DNA of 52,649 nt from Christensenellales bacterium (GTDB lineage: Bacteria; Bacillota; Clostridia; Christensenellales; DTU072), in NCBI GenBank assembly GCA_051883535.1, contig JBJETX010000079.1, forward strand, positions 1 to 52,649. The letters run 5' to 3'. Position numbers and translations under genes: made by a program. Under the pieces are notes generated by a model. The model worked only from the letters and a program-made list of their open reading frames with translations, had not been told where the DNA came from and ran no database searches. The number at the start of each line of letters is the position of its first letter. The first letter of the stretch is position 1. Positions 43,079 through 51,102 of this stretch are shown in pieces.

Positions 43079-44005
43079 ATGAAAAAAGCAAGCGGAGTAT
43101 TGTTTTTATTGGGCGCAGCCTTGCTATGGGGCGTTGCGTTCGTTGCGCAGGACGTGGGGCTTGAACATATCGAGCCTTTTACTTTTACCGCGGTAAGGTG
43201 TTTTCTCGGAGGAATCGCTCTGCTTATTATAGCCTTGATAAGCGATTTGCTGAAAAAAAAGAAAAACCCCGAAACCCTGTCTCCCGAAGAGAAAAAAACG
43301 AGAAGAAAAAATCTTATAATAAGCGGATTGGCGTGCGGCGCGATTATGGCTTGCGCGACGAACCTGCAACAGATAGGATTGGTTTATACCACCGCGGGAA
43401 AGTCGGGTTTTATAACCGCGTGTTATATCGTTCTCGTGCCGATAATAGGATTGTTCTTCCGCAAAAAATGCCCGATAACGGTGTGGATTGCGGTTGTGCT
43501 TGCGGTAGTCGGATTATACTTTTTGTGCCTTTCCGACGGTTTCGTCGGATTCAATAAAGGCGACGCGATCACGTTCGGTTGCACAGTCGCGTTCGCGTTC
43601 CATATAATAGCGGTGGATTATTTCGTGGTAAAAACCGACGGCATAAAACTTGCCTGCGCGCAATGTTTCGTGTGTTCGGTAATCAGCGCGGTGTTTATGT
43701 TTATTTTCGAGCATCCGACTATGGACGGTCTGCTCAAAGCGTATATACCGCTGTTATACACGGGCGTGATGAGCGCGGGCGTTGCCTATATGTTTCAGAT
43801 ACTCGGACAAAAACGCCTGAGCCCGACAGTCGCTTCCCTTATAATGAGCCTTGAATCGGTAATAAGCGTAATCGCCGCGTGGCTTATCCTCGATCAGAAA
43901 CTTTCCCCGCGTGAAATAATCGGCTGCGTGGTGATTTTCGCCGCAATAGTCCTCGCGCAGTTGCCTAAAGATCTGTTCTCTAAACTGAAAATCAAAAATA
44001 AATAA
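43079..44005 (+). CDS. DMT superfamily (EamA-type) transporter
   Basis: 10 hydrophobic segments in a two-repeat EamA-like layout. No clear RBS. Confidence 0.8.
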   Translation: MKKASGVLFLLGAALLWGVAFVAQDVGLEHIEPFTFTAVRCFLGGIALLIIALISDLLKKKKNPETLSPEEKKTRRKNLIISGLACGAIMACATNLQQIGLVYTTAGKSGFITACYIVLVPIIGLFFRKKCPITVWIAVVLAVVGLYFLCLSDGFVGFNKGDAITFGCTVAFAFHIIAVDYFVVKTDGIKLACAQCFVCSVISAVFMFIFEHPTMDGLLKAYIPLLYTGVMSAGVAYMFQILGQKRLSPTVASLIMSLESVISVIAAWLILDQKLSPREIIGCVVIFAAIVLAQLPKDLFSKLKIKNK

Positions 44006-44513
44006 CGTCGTCGAGAACGACGTCGTTTTCATCGGTCGGAACGAAGTCGAATTTTTGTTCGGCAAACGCAAGACCGATTTTTTTTGCGTTTGACGAAGCG
44101 AGAAATTTATCGTAGCACCCTTTTCCTCTGCCGAGTCTGCGGTTGTTTCCGTCAAAACCGAGAAGAGGAACGAAAACGACGTCGAATTCGCTTTCGGGGT
44201 TCACAACAACGGGTTCTCGTATACCAAAACCGTTTATTGAATATTCCGAATCGGGGTAGATACGCGTAAAAACGAGGTCGAAATTTTCCGTCGTTATCGG
44301 AGCGAAAACGCGTTTATCGGCATCGAACAGTCCGCGTACGAGGGCGTCGGTGGAAAGTTCTTTGCCGAAAGAAAGATACACCGCTACGGATTTGCAGCGG
44401 TTGTCTTTTACGAAAGCGAGGGCTTTTTCCGTAACGGCGGATTCTTTTGCGGCGCGGTTGTTTACCGAGCCGAGCGCGGCGCGCGCTTCCGCGCGCAAGG
44501 ACGATTTATTCAT
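43992..44513 (-). CDS. 5-formyltetrahydrofolate cyclo-ligase family protein
   Basis: Track ORF is 43992-44654. PLLGFDGNNRRLGRGKGCYDKFL matches the family motif. I prefer ATG 44513 (MNKSSLRAEA), because the upstream extension lies inside the larA-like gene. Confidence 0.8.
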   Translation of the reverse strand: MNKSSLRAEARAALGSVNNRAAKESAVTEKALAFVKDNRCKSVAVYLSFGKELSTDALVRGLFDADKRVFAPITTENFDLVFTRIYPDSEYSINGFGIREPVVVNPESEFDVVFVPLLGFDGNNRRLGRGKGCYDKFLASSNAKKIGLAFAEQKFDFVPTDENDVVLDDVIYF

Positions 44514-45762
44514 TTTCGGGTTGGGGAAGGGTGCTTCCGCCGTAAGGCATAACGATAACCGAGGAATTTTCGCCGAGAACTTCCGTCGCGGCGGCAAACG
44601 CCTTTTCGAGGGAAGAAAACGGTTTGAGTCCGCATTTAAGCACGGTTTCTTCATCCATCGTGCCGACGAAATAGATATCGGCTTTTTGTCCCGCGATTGC
44701 GACGGCGGCGGCTTTGTGACCGCCGAGGACGAAGTTGCGTTTTATTTCCTCTATGCGGAAAGAGGGAGAATACTCCGTCATCCATTTTTCAAACGTGTCC
44801 GAACCGAACCCTTCGCGGCATTCGGCGAGCCATACGATTATACCGCCGCGTTTTACCGCGTGTACGGCGTTGTCGAGGGCTTTCTGCGCCTGATACATAT
44901 TCAGGTCTTTCGGGTATCCGCCTGCGGAAACGACGACGATATCCGCAGGGGTTGGAATTTTTATTTTATAAAACCCGTCGAGGTATTCGCAACCGCGGCG
45001 ATGCGCTTTTATGACGTCTCCCGAAAAGCATTTTATCACGGTTTTCTTTTCGTCGAGAACGACGTTTACGATAAAGGAAACTTTGAGGAATTTCAGACAG
45101 ACTTCTTCCGAATCCTTTCTTACGGGGCTGTCGACGTTGCCCGTCCGCGCTTCGGGGAGAACCATCATAGAATGGTTCGCTTTGATAGCGGCGCGGGTGG
45201 AAACTCCGGGCATTACGGCTTTGCTTCCGCCGCTGTATCCTGCAAAATAGTGGTATTCGACGTTGCCGAGACAAATCACTTTATCCGCTTCCGCAACGGG
45301 ACGGAAAATATCGACGGGCGTTCCCGCCGAGGTAAATCCGAGACGGACCGAGTCGCTTTCGTCGCTGTCAAGCAGAGCGAAGCGGGAATAAATTTCTTCT
45401 CCGACGAGATATTTCTTCTCTTCTTCGGTGTGCTTTCTGTGGCTCCCGAGGGCGAAAACGATTGTTACGTTTTCATCCTTCACGCCCGCTTTTTCAATAC
45501 GCGCAAGCACGGGAGGAAGAACAATTCTGCTCGGCATCGGACGGGTAATATCGCTTGTGATTATTGCGATTTTGTCGTCGGGAGAAAGGATTTCTTCAAG
45601 CCGCGGAGAGCCGACGGGATTGTCGAGCGAGCGTTCGATTTCTTCTCTTCCCGTAAGGTCGATTTCGACTTTATTCGGTTTTAATACTCCCTTAATCCGA
45701 TTATCGGGAACCGAAAACGTTATTTTTTGTTTACCATATGAGAGTTCGGTTTCCATACGCAT
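44506..45762 (-). CDS. LarA-family nickel-pincer-cofactor 2-hydroxyacid racemase/epimerase (DUF2088)
   Basis: Motifs ALGSHRKHT, NVEYHYFAGYSGGSKAVMPG (catalytic His plus cofactor Lys context) and KANHSMM. Its start overlaps the pgk stop as TAATG. Confidence 0.8.
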   Translation of the reverse strand: MRMETELSYGKQKITFSVPDNRIKGVLKPNKVEIDLTGREEIERSLDNPVGSPRLEEILSPDDKIAIITSDITRPMPSRIVLPPVLARIEKAGVKDENVTIVFALGSHRKHTEEEKKYLVGEEIYSRFALLDSDESDSVRLGFTSAGTPVDIFRPVAEADKVICLGNVEYHYFAGYSGGSKAVMPGVSTRAAIKANHSMMVLPEARTGNVDSPVRKDSEEVCLKFLKVSFIVNVVLDEKKTVIKCFSGDVIKAHRRGCEYLDGFYKIKIPTPADIVVVSAGGYPKDLNMYQAQKALDNAVHAVKRGGIIVWLAECREGFGSDTFEKWMTEYSPSFRIEEIKRNFVLGGHKAAAVAIAGQKADIYFVGTMDEETVLKCGLKPFSSLEKAFAAATEVLGENSSVIVMPYGGSTLPQPENE

Positions 45763-47006
45763 TACCGTTTCATACCGTCCGTCATCGCTTTAATCAGGGG
45801 CAGAGTCACGCCGCTTAAAAAGCGAACCATCGCGCCGCCGGCAGTGCAGACGTAGTTGATTTTTTTCACGTCGATAAATTTATTCGCCGCGCTGACGGTA
45901 TCTCCGCCGCCGATGACCGTATAAGCGGGAGAAGAAGCGAGCGCGTTCCATACCGCTTCCGTGCCGAATGCGAACAAGGGATTTTCGTACACGCCCGCGG
46001 GACCGTTGACGAAAACGGTTTTCGCTTCGGCGATTTTCCGTTGAAAAACTGCGGCTGTCCGTTTGCCGATATCGAGGAAGGACGCGTCGTCGAGGGGCAG
46101 ACCGCCGACGTCGGTTTCTTCGCGTTTACCGTCTTTTTCGTAAGCGAGATCGGACGGAAGAACGAACCTGTCTCCGTACAGAGCGAGGAGTTCTTTCGCC
46201 TGCGGAACGAAAGCGAGAAGGTCGCGGTCGGCAAGCCACTTTTCGTAGGTTTTTCCGACTTTAATACCTTTTGCGAGAAGCATTATTACGCCGGTTACGC
46301 CGCAGGTCAGGATTTCCGTCGCCGCGCCCGTTGCGAGAACCTGTTTCATCATTCCGAACGCGTCGGAGATTTTCGCTCCGCCGAGTACGAAAACGCAAGG
46401 TTTTTCCGCGCCGTTCATAATCTTCGTGAGGGCTTCGTATTCGTTGAAGAAAAGCGGACCCGCGTAAGAAGGCATAAGGCGTTGAAAAGCGACCATACTC
46501 GGGCAGTTGCGGTGCGCCGCGCTGAACGCTTCGTTGACGTAAATATCAAAAAGCGGCGCGAGCCTGCGCACGAGGTAGGCGTCTTTCATTTCGTCCGCCG
46601 TCAGTTTTACGTCTTTTTCAAACGTGGAAACCTCTTCCGTGAGGTAGCGTAAGTTGCCGAGAAAAACCGCTTCGCCGTCGCGCAGAGAGCGGATTTTTTC
46701 TATTGCCGCGTCGCCGCATACGTCGTCGATATAAGGGATTTCTTTTTCGACCATTTCGCCGAGAATTTGCGCGTGTTCGCTCATCGGAATGAGGTTCGCG
46801 TAATCGAGAGTGTCTCCCTGATGGGCGATAATCGCCGTTTTCGCGCCGTTTTCCATCAGATAGCGCAAAGTGGGCGCGGTTTTGGAAAGGCGGTTTTTGC
46901 TTACGATTTTATGCTCCGCGTTTATCGGCGAATTTACGTCCGGACGGAAGAGAACGAACTTGCCTTTCACGTCCGCGCCTATTATGTTTTTTATGTCTAA
47001 ACTCAT
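45762..47006 (-). CDS. pgk: phosphoglycerate kinase, archaeal-type sequence
   Basis: Motifs IIAHQGD, NEAFSAAHRNCPSMVAF, KPCVFVLGGAKISD, FVNGPAGVYE and CTAGGAMVRFLSG. From memory these match archaeal PGKs rather than the bacterial MSHLGRPKG type. Confidence 0.85.
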   Translation of the reverse strand: MSLDIKNIIGADVKGKFVLFRPDVNSPINAEHKIVSKNRLSKTAPTLRYLMENGAKTAIIAHQGDTLDYANLIPMSEHAQILGEMVEKEIPYIDDVCGDAAIEKIRSLRDGEAVFLGNLRYLTEEVSTFEKDVKLTADEMKDAYLVRRLAPLFDIYVNEAFSAAHRNCPSMVAFQRLMPSYAGPLFFNEYEALTKIMNGAEKPCVFVLGGAKISDAFGMMKQVLATGAATEILTCGVTGVIMLLAKGIKVGKTYEKWLADRDLLAFVPQAKELLALYGDRFVLPSDLAYEKDGKREETDVGGLPLDDASFLDIGKRTAAVFQRKIAEAKTVFVNGPAGVYENPLFAFGTEAVWNALASSPAYTVIGGGDTVSAANKFIDVKKINYVCTAGGAMVRFLSGVTLPLIKAMTDGMKR

Positions 47007-47063
47007 TTTTTATCTCCCGAAGTTTATTTGAGGGCGTACAGAAGTACGTTTGCGACGTTCCTC

Positions 47064-48095
47064 TTATTTTCTCCATTTGCCGATACCGAGGTATTCGTTG
47101 GTTAAAGTCGTTGCCGACAGGCTGTCGGGTTGCATATTCATACACGCTCTGATACCGTCCATCGTTTCGGGAATGGTAACCGATTCCTGCGGAATATTGA
47201 TAGCGTACATTATCGAATCGCCCGTTTCCACGATACTGTCTTTCCACAGGGCGATTTCGTACATATCTCCTCTCGGATTTCCGAGGTCGCGCGCGTAGCG
47301 GAAGAGAGAAGCGTTGCCTTTGAATCCTTCGTCAATGCTTACGAGGCGGATACGCGGATGTTTTTCAAACGCCGCGAGAGCCATTTCTTTGGTGATTTTC
47401 CGTTTGCCCGTCGCAACTACCGTGATGATGTGTCCGTGCGTTACGGGGGTGTGAACGAGAATACCCGTCGCTTCGACGTGCGGCATAATCGTCATAAGGT
47501 CTACCGCCTGATGAGAGGGCGCTTTGTCGATTTGCAGAGCGTTGGTAAGACCTCTGTGATAGTCGCCCGGATCCGCGACGCGGCGGATTATCGTGATCGC
47601 GACGCGTTCGATACCGTACGCGCGGTCGAGGCAGTCTACCGAACGGATAAGTCCCGTCGTGTTGCAACTCGTGAGTTTGAGAGATTGCTGACCGAGACCT
47701 TTTTCGTAGTTCGCATAACCGTGGAAGAAAACGTCGGCAACGGAGTTTTTCTCTCCGCCCTGGAATATCGCTTTTACGCCGAATTCGTCGTAAAGAACTT
47801 TGTTTTTCGCGCCTACGCCGCCGGGGGAAGAATCGAGCACTACGTCCACTTTCCCGAGCAGGTCGCGGATGGAACCGCTTACGGGAATGTCGAGAGCGTC
47901 GAATTCGGGTTTTTTATCCATATCGACGAGGTAGAGAGCATACGGCATACCTTTTTCCCTGAGCGCGCGAATGCTGAGCGTGGGAGCGAGGTCGACGATG
48001 CCGACGAGTTCCATATCTTTTTGAAGGGCTACGCCGTCCGCGAGCCTTTGTCCGATAACGCCGTAACCGACGACGCCGACTTTGACTTTGTTCAT
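47064..48095 (-). CDS. gap: type II (archaeal-type) glyceraldehyde-3-phosphate dehydrogenase
   Basis: Motifs VGVVGYGVIGQRLAD, KAIFQGGEK, catalytic SCNTTGL, IIRRVADP, PSHQAVD and QESVTIPETMDGIRA. From memory these parallel archaeal GAPDH. An AAAGGAG RBS is present. Confidence 0.85.
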   Translation of the reverse strand: MNKVKVGVVGYGVIGQRLADGVALQKDMELVGIVDLAPTLSIRALREKGMPYALYLVDMDKKPEFDALDIPVSGSIRDLLGKVDVVLDSSPGGVGAKNKVLYDEFGVKAIFQGGEKNSVADVFFHGYANYEKGLGQQSLKLTSCNTTGLIRSVDCLDRAYGIERVAITIIRRVADPGDYHRGLTNALQIDKAPSHQAVDLMTIMPHVEATGILVHTPVTHGHIITVVATGKRKITKEMALAAFEKHPRIRLVSIDEGFKGNASLFRYARDLGNPRGDMYEIALWKDSIVETGDSIMYAINIPQESVTIPETMDGIRACMNMQPDSLSATTLTNEYLGIGKWRK

Positions 48096-48126
48096 AATTG
48101 ATAGTCTCCTTTATACATAAGATTTG

Positions 48127-49506
48127 TTATTTTTTATCGAAAAGCGACGTTATCGCCCTCTTTATCCTGTTAATAACGGTAAGGGATTCTTCGCCGCGGT
48201 CGAACGCCTCGCCGAGCCCTTTGGAAAACGCGTGTCCCGCTTCGATATGGTCGAAACCTTCGAGGAAAATCACGTTGTCCGCTTCGGGATTTCCGAGCGT
48301 CGCGCTGATTACGGGGACGGTTCCGTCTCCTTCCGAAGAAACCGTAGAAGAATAACGCGTGCCGCTCTGAACGGCTTCCGTGGTGGTGGGAACGCCCGTT
48401 CCGACGAAGTAATAAGTGTTGACGAGTTTCGACGAATGAACGCCGTCCACGTAGAACGCGTCCCAATAAGAATCGAGGTCCGCTATCCACGGGCGGAGTT
48501 CCCCTTTGTCGTTATACGCCCAATCGCGCGAGCGGTAATAAGCGAGCAACTCTTCTTTCGTGCGCACGGGGTTTCCGTCGTACACGAGCGAACTGTTTAT
48601 TCCGTCCGGACAAATCTGCTCGATCGTGGGCAGGAGTTGAGTCATGGACGGATAGCCCTGAAACATCGGAAGGACGTCGTTCAGGCATTGATAGCGCAAA
48701 GAAGATATTTTTTCCGCGAGAACGCTCAGGAAAGAGACGGAAGAAACGGTTTCTTCCAGCGTATCTATAAGGGAATTTATCGTTGCCGCGCCGTTTTCGA
48801 GAATATCGAGCGCGACGAACGAGCCGTAATAAGGCGCGGCGCAAGCCATATAAAGCGCAACTTTTTTACGGAAGTCGGGGTTTTTCGCGAGCGCGAGGGA
48901 AGTTACGATATTTCCCATCGAATGGGCGTAAATAATCACTTCGTCGTAGCCTTCCGCCATTTCGCACAAACCGTCGACCGCAAGGCGGTTGTCTATGCGC
49001 CAATCGTATTCGTAAATCATTACGTCGGTGTTTTTCTCCGAACCGTAGAGTTCTTCGCAATAATCGTAAGGAACGCGCGTAGCCTGCAACGCGCCGTAAC
49101 GGCAGTATCCCGGATGGGAAAAGGGAACCGCGACTATCCCGTCCATAGCGTTGCCGTCGTCGTCGAGGTGCCACGGCGTGAGGAAATTGGGTTGTTCGCC
49201 GTCGATGAAAGCGAGAACTTCGTCGAGAATGTCGGTATTGAAAACCGCGTCCATGGCGACGGAAAACATTTTGCCGTTATAGAGCATATCGTCGAGAAGG
49301 TATCCGCGTTCGTCGGTTTCGAGAGGGTCGTAAATCACTTCGCCGGTATTTTCGTTATAAAGCGCGCTGTTGAGAAGTCCGGGAACGACGATGACGGCGC
49401 GTTTTCTCGTCGCGTAGTATGCGGGAACCGCGATACAGAAAGAAAAAAGGACCGCCACGAGCAGGCATACGACGGAAAGAACGACGGCTACGGATTTTTT
49501 AATCAT
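48127..49506 (-). CDS. membrane-anchored esterase/lipase (LCAT/PGAP1-like alpha/beta hydrolase)
   Basis: Track ORF is 48127-49593. ATG 49506 (MIKKSVAVVLSVVCLLVAVLF, a TM anchor) has an AGGAG RBS. Nucleophile elbow is AHSMGN. The longer ORF would begin inside its own promoter. Confidence 0.75.
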   Translation of the reverse strand: MIKKSVAVVLSVVCLLVAVLFSFCIAVPAYYATRKRAVIVVPGLLNSALYNENTGEVIYDPLETDERGYLLDDMLYNGKMFSVAMDAVFNTDILDEVLAFIDGEQPNFLTPWHLDDDGNAMDGIVAVPFSHPGYCRYGALQATRVPYDYCEELYGSEKNTDVMIYEYDWRIDNRLAVDGLCEMAEGYDEVIIYAHSMGNIVTSLALAKNPDFRKKVALYMACAAPYYGSFVALDILENGAATINSLIDTLEETVSSVSFLSVLAEKISSLRYQCLNDVLPMFQGYPSMTQLLPTIEQICPDGINSSLVYDGNPVRTKEELLAYYRSRDWAYNDKGELRPWIADLDSYWDAFYVDGVHSSKLVNTYYFVGTGVPTTTEAVQSGTRYSSTVSSEGDGTVPVISATLGNPEADNVIFLEGFDHIEAGHAFSKGLGEAFDRGEESLTVINRIKRAITSLFDKK

Positions 49507-49564
49507 TGCCGGAAACTCCTTGTTTTTTGTATTGGTAAGCGCGTATAAACGCAATAATATATTT

Positions 49565-49593
49565 ATTCTAACATAAACTCCGCTTTTTTTCAA
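49565..49593 (-). promoter_or_regulatory. sigma-70 promoter of the lipase-gap-pgk-larA-like operon
   Basis: The minus strand reads TTGAAA-17 nt-(TGt)TAGAAT. Confidence 0.55.
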
Positions 49594-49766
49594 GACGGAA
49601 AATCAGTTTCCGCGAAAAAAACGAAAACGCCCGGCGGCGAGAGAAGGCGTTGCGGCAAAAACGGCAATAAGGGTAACCGAAAATCAATATTCAAGAACCT
49701 TAAACCAAGTGACAAACGGTCGCCGGGCGGAGGGCGAAGACGAAATCGGAGCGAAATAAAATACGC

Positions 49767-49795
49767 TTGCCATTTTTATAAATATTTGATATACT
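49767..49795 (+). promoter_or_regulatory. sigma-70 promoter of the M16 peptidase gene
   Basis: TTGCCA-17 nt-TATACT. A GGAGGGG RBS precedes ATG 49821. Confidence 0.55.
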
Positions 49796-49820
49796 TATTT
49801 GAGTATATTACGGAGGGGTT

Positions 49821-51095
49821 ATGGCTAAACTTCTTAAATTTCCGAGCGGGCTTGCCGTTTGTTACGAAAGAAAGAAAAGCGCGGGGAGTTGCGCGTTCGG
49901 TATCTTCGTAGGCGCGGGGAGCCGCGACGAGAGAAAAGACGAGAACGGAGTCGCGCATTTTATCGAGCATATGCTCTTCAAGGGAACGGAAAAACGCAGC
50001 GCGTTCGATATTGCCAACGAGATAGACGGAATGGGGGCGAACGCAAACGCGTACACGTCGAAGACCAACACGGTTTTTTATATATCCGGACTTGCGAAAT
50101 TCCTCGTCAGATACGTCGACGTTCTGTCGGATATGCTGTTTGAATCCACGTTTACCGAAGAGAATATCGAAAGAGAACGCGGAGTTATCCTCGAAGAAAT
50201 CAAAATGTACGACGACGAAGGGGATTCGGTCTGCGCCGATCTTCTCGCGGAGAAGTTTTACGGAAAAAATCCGCTTGCGAGACCCATACTCGGAACGGAA
50301 AAATCCGTTAAATCCCTTACGGCGGAAAAAATGCGCTCGTTTATGGAGAGGTATTACGTTCCCGGAAATATCGCGCTTTCGTACGCGGGACCCGCGTCCG
50401 AAGAAGAGATAAATAGTCTCGTCGAAGAGTATTTCGAGAAGAGATTTTCCCATAGCGTAAAGTTCGTCCCGCCCGTGCGCAGAAACGTCCGCACGAACGC
50501 GGTTTACGCGGTAAGGAGCGACAAGCCGTTCGAGCAGGCGAACGTGATGATAAGGTTTCCTTCGTATCCCGTTACCGACAAGAGGTCGGACGCCGCGCTT
50601 ACGCTTGCGATAATGCTCGGCGGAGGAATGAGCAGTCGTCTGTTTCAGAAGGTAAGGGAAGAAAAAGGACTCGTATACGAGATTTACAGTTCCGCGACGG
50701 CGGTAAAAGGCACGGGATACCTCGACGTGGGGTTTGCCACCGCGCCCGAACTCGCGGCGGAAGCGATTGCTGCGGTAAGGGAAGTTTTCGAGGAAATCAA
50801 AACGAACGGATTTACCGAAGAAGAATTCGAAAAAGTGAGACTTCAGCGCGAAACGGGCGCGGTTCTCGGAGGAGAAACGACGTTCGATATTATGCGCCTT
50901 ATGGGTAAATACTATTTTCTCGTCGGCAAACCCGTAAGTTATCGCACGCTTATAAAGAAAATGGAAAAACTCAGCCTCGCCGCCGTCGAAAACGCGTTCG
51001 GAGACGTTATCGACTACGACAAGGCGGCGGTTTGCTACGTAGGAAAACCGACGGAAGCCGACCTTTCCGCGATTCTGAAATCGGGAGGGAAATAA
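49821..51095 (+). CDS. M16 family (pitrilysin-like) zinc peptidase
   Basis: HFIEHMLFKGT is the inverted zincin HxxEH motif. 424 aa. Confidence 0.85.
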   Translation: MAKLLKFPSGLAVCYERKKSAGSCAFGIFVGAGSRDERKDENGVAHFIEHMLFKGTEKRSAFDIANEIDGMGANANAYTSKTNTVFYISGLAKFLVRYVDVLSDMLFESTFTEENIERERGVILEEIKMYDDEGDSVCADLLAEKFYGKNPLARPILGTEKSVKSLTAEKMRSFMERYYVPGNIALSYAGPASEEEINSLVEEYFEKRFSHSVKFVPPVRRNVRTNAVYAVRSDKPFEQANVMIRFPSYPVTDKRSDAALTLAIMLGGGMSSRLFQKVREEKGLVYEIYSSATAVKGTGYLDVGFATAPELAAEAIAAVREVFEEIKTNGFTEEEFEKVRLQRETGAVLGGETTFDIMRLMGKYYFLVGKPVSYRTLIKKMEKLSLAAVENAFGDVIDYDKAAVCYVGKPTEADLSAILKSGGK

Positions 51096-51102
51096 CTCGA
51101 AT

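Noticed and set aside
32913-49548. Other long antisense ORFs: 32913-34226, 35772-36803, 38122-38799, 39963-40913, 44350-45684, 46041-46652, 47130-48101 and 48124-49548
   Set aside because: Each lies opposite a gene with strong motif support (rny, dnaN, dnaA, rpsI/rplM, the larA-like gene, pgk, gap, the lipase). Where I checked, each is in the same antisense codon register. None has a recognisable motif.
12180-49593. N-terminal extensions implied by the track start coordinates (12180, 13858, 30400, 31198, 38781, 44654, 49593)
   Set aside because: In each case an internal ATG or GTG gives a start that fits better. These internal starts are 12216, 13897, 30433, 31234, 38772, 44513 and 49506. 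The reasons are family-typical N-termini, an RBS or leaderless promoter geometry, or the extension lying inside the upstream gene or inside the gene's own promoter.
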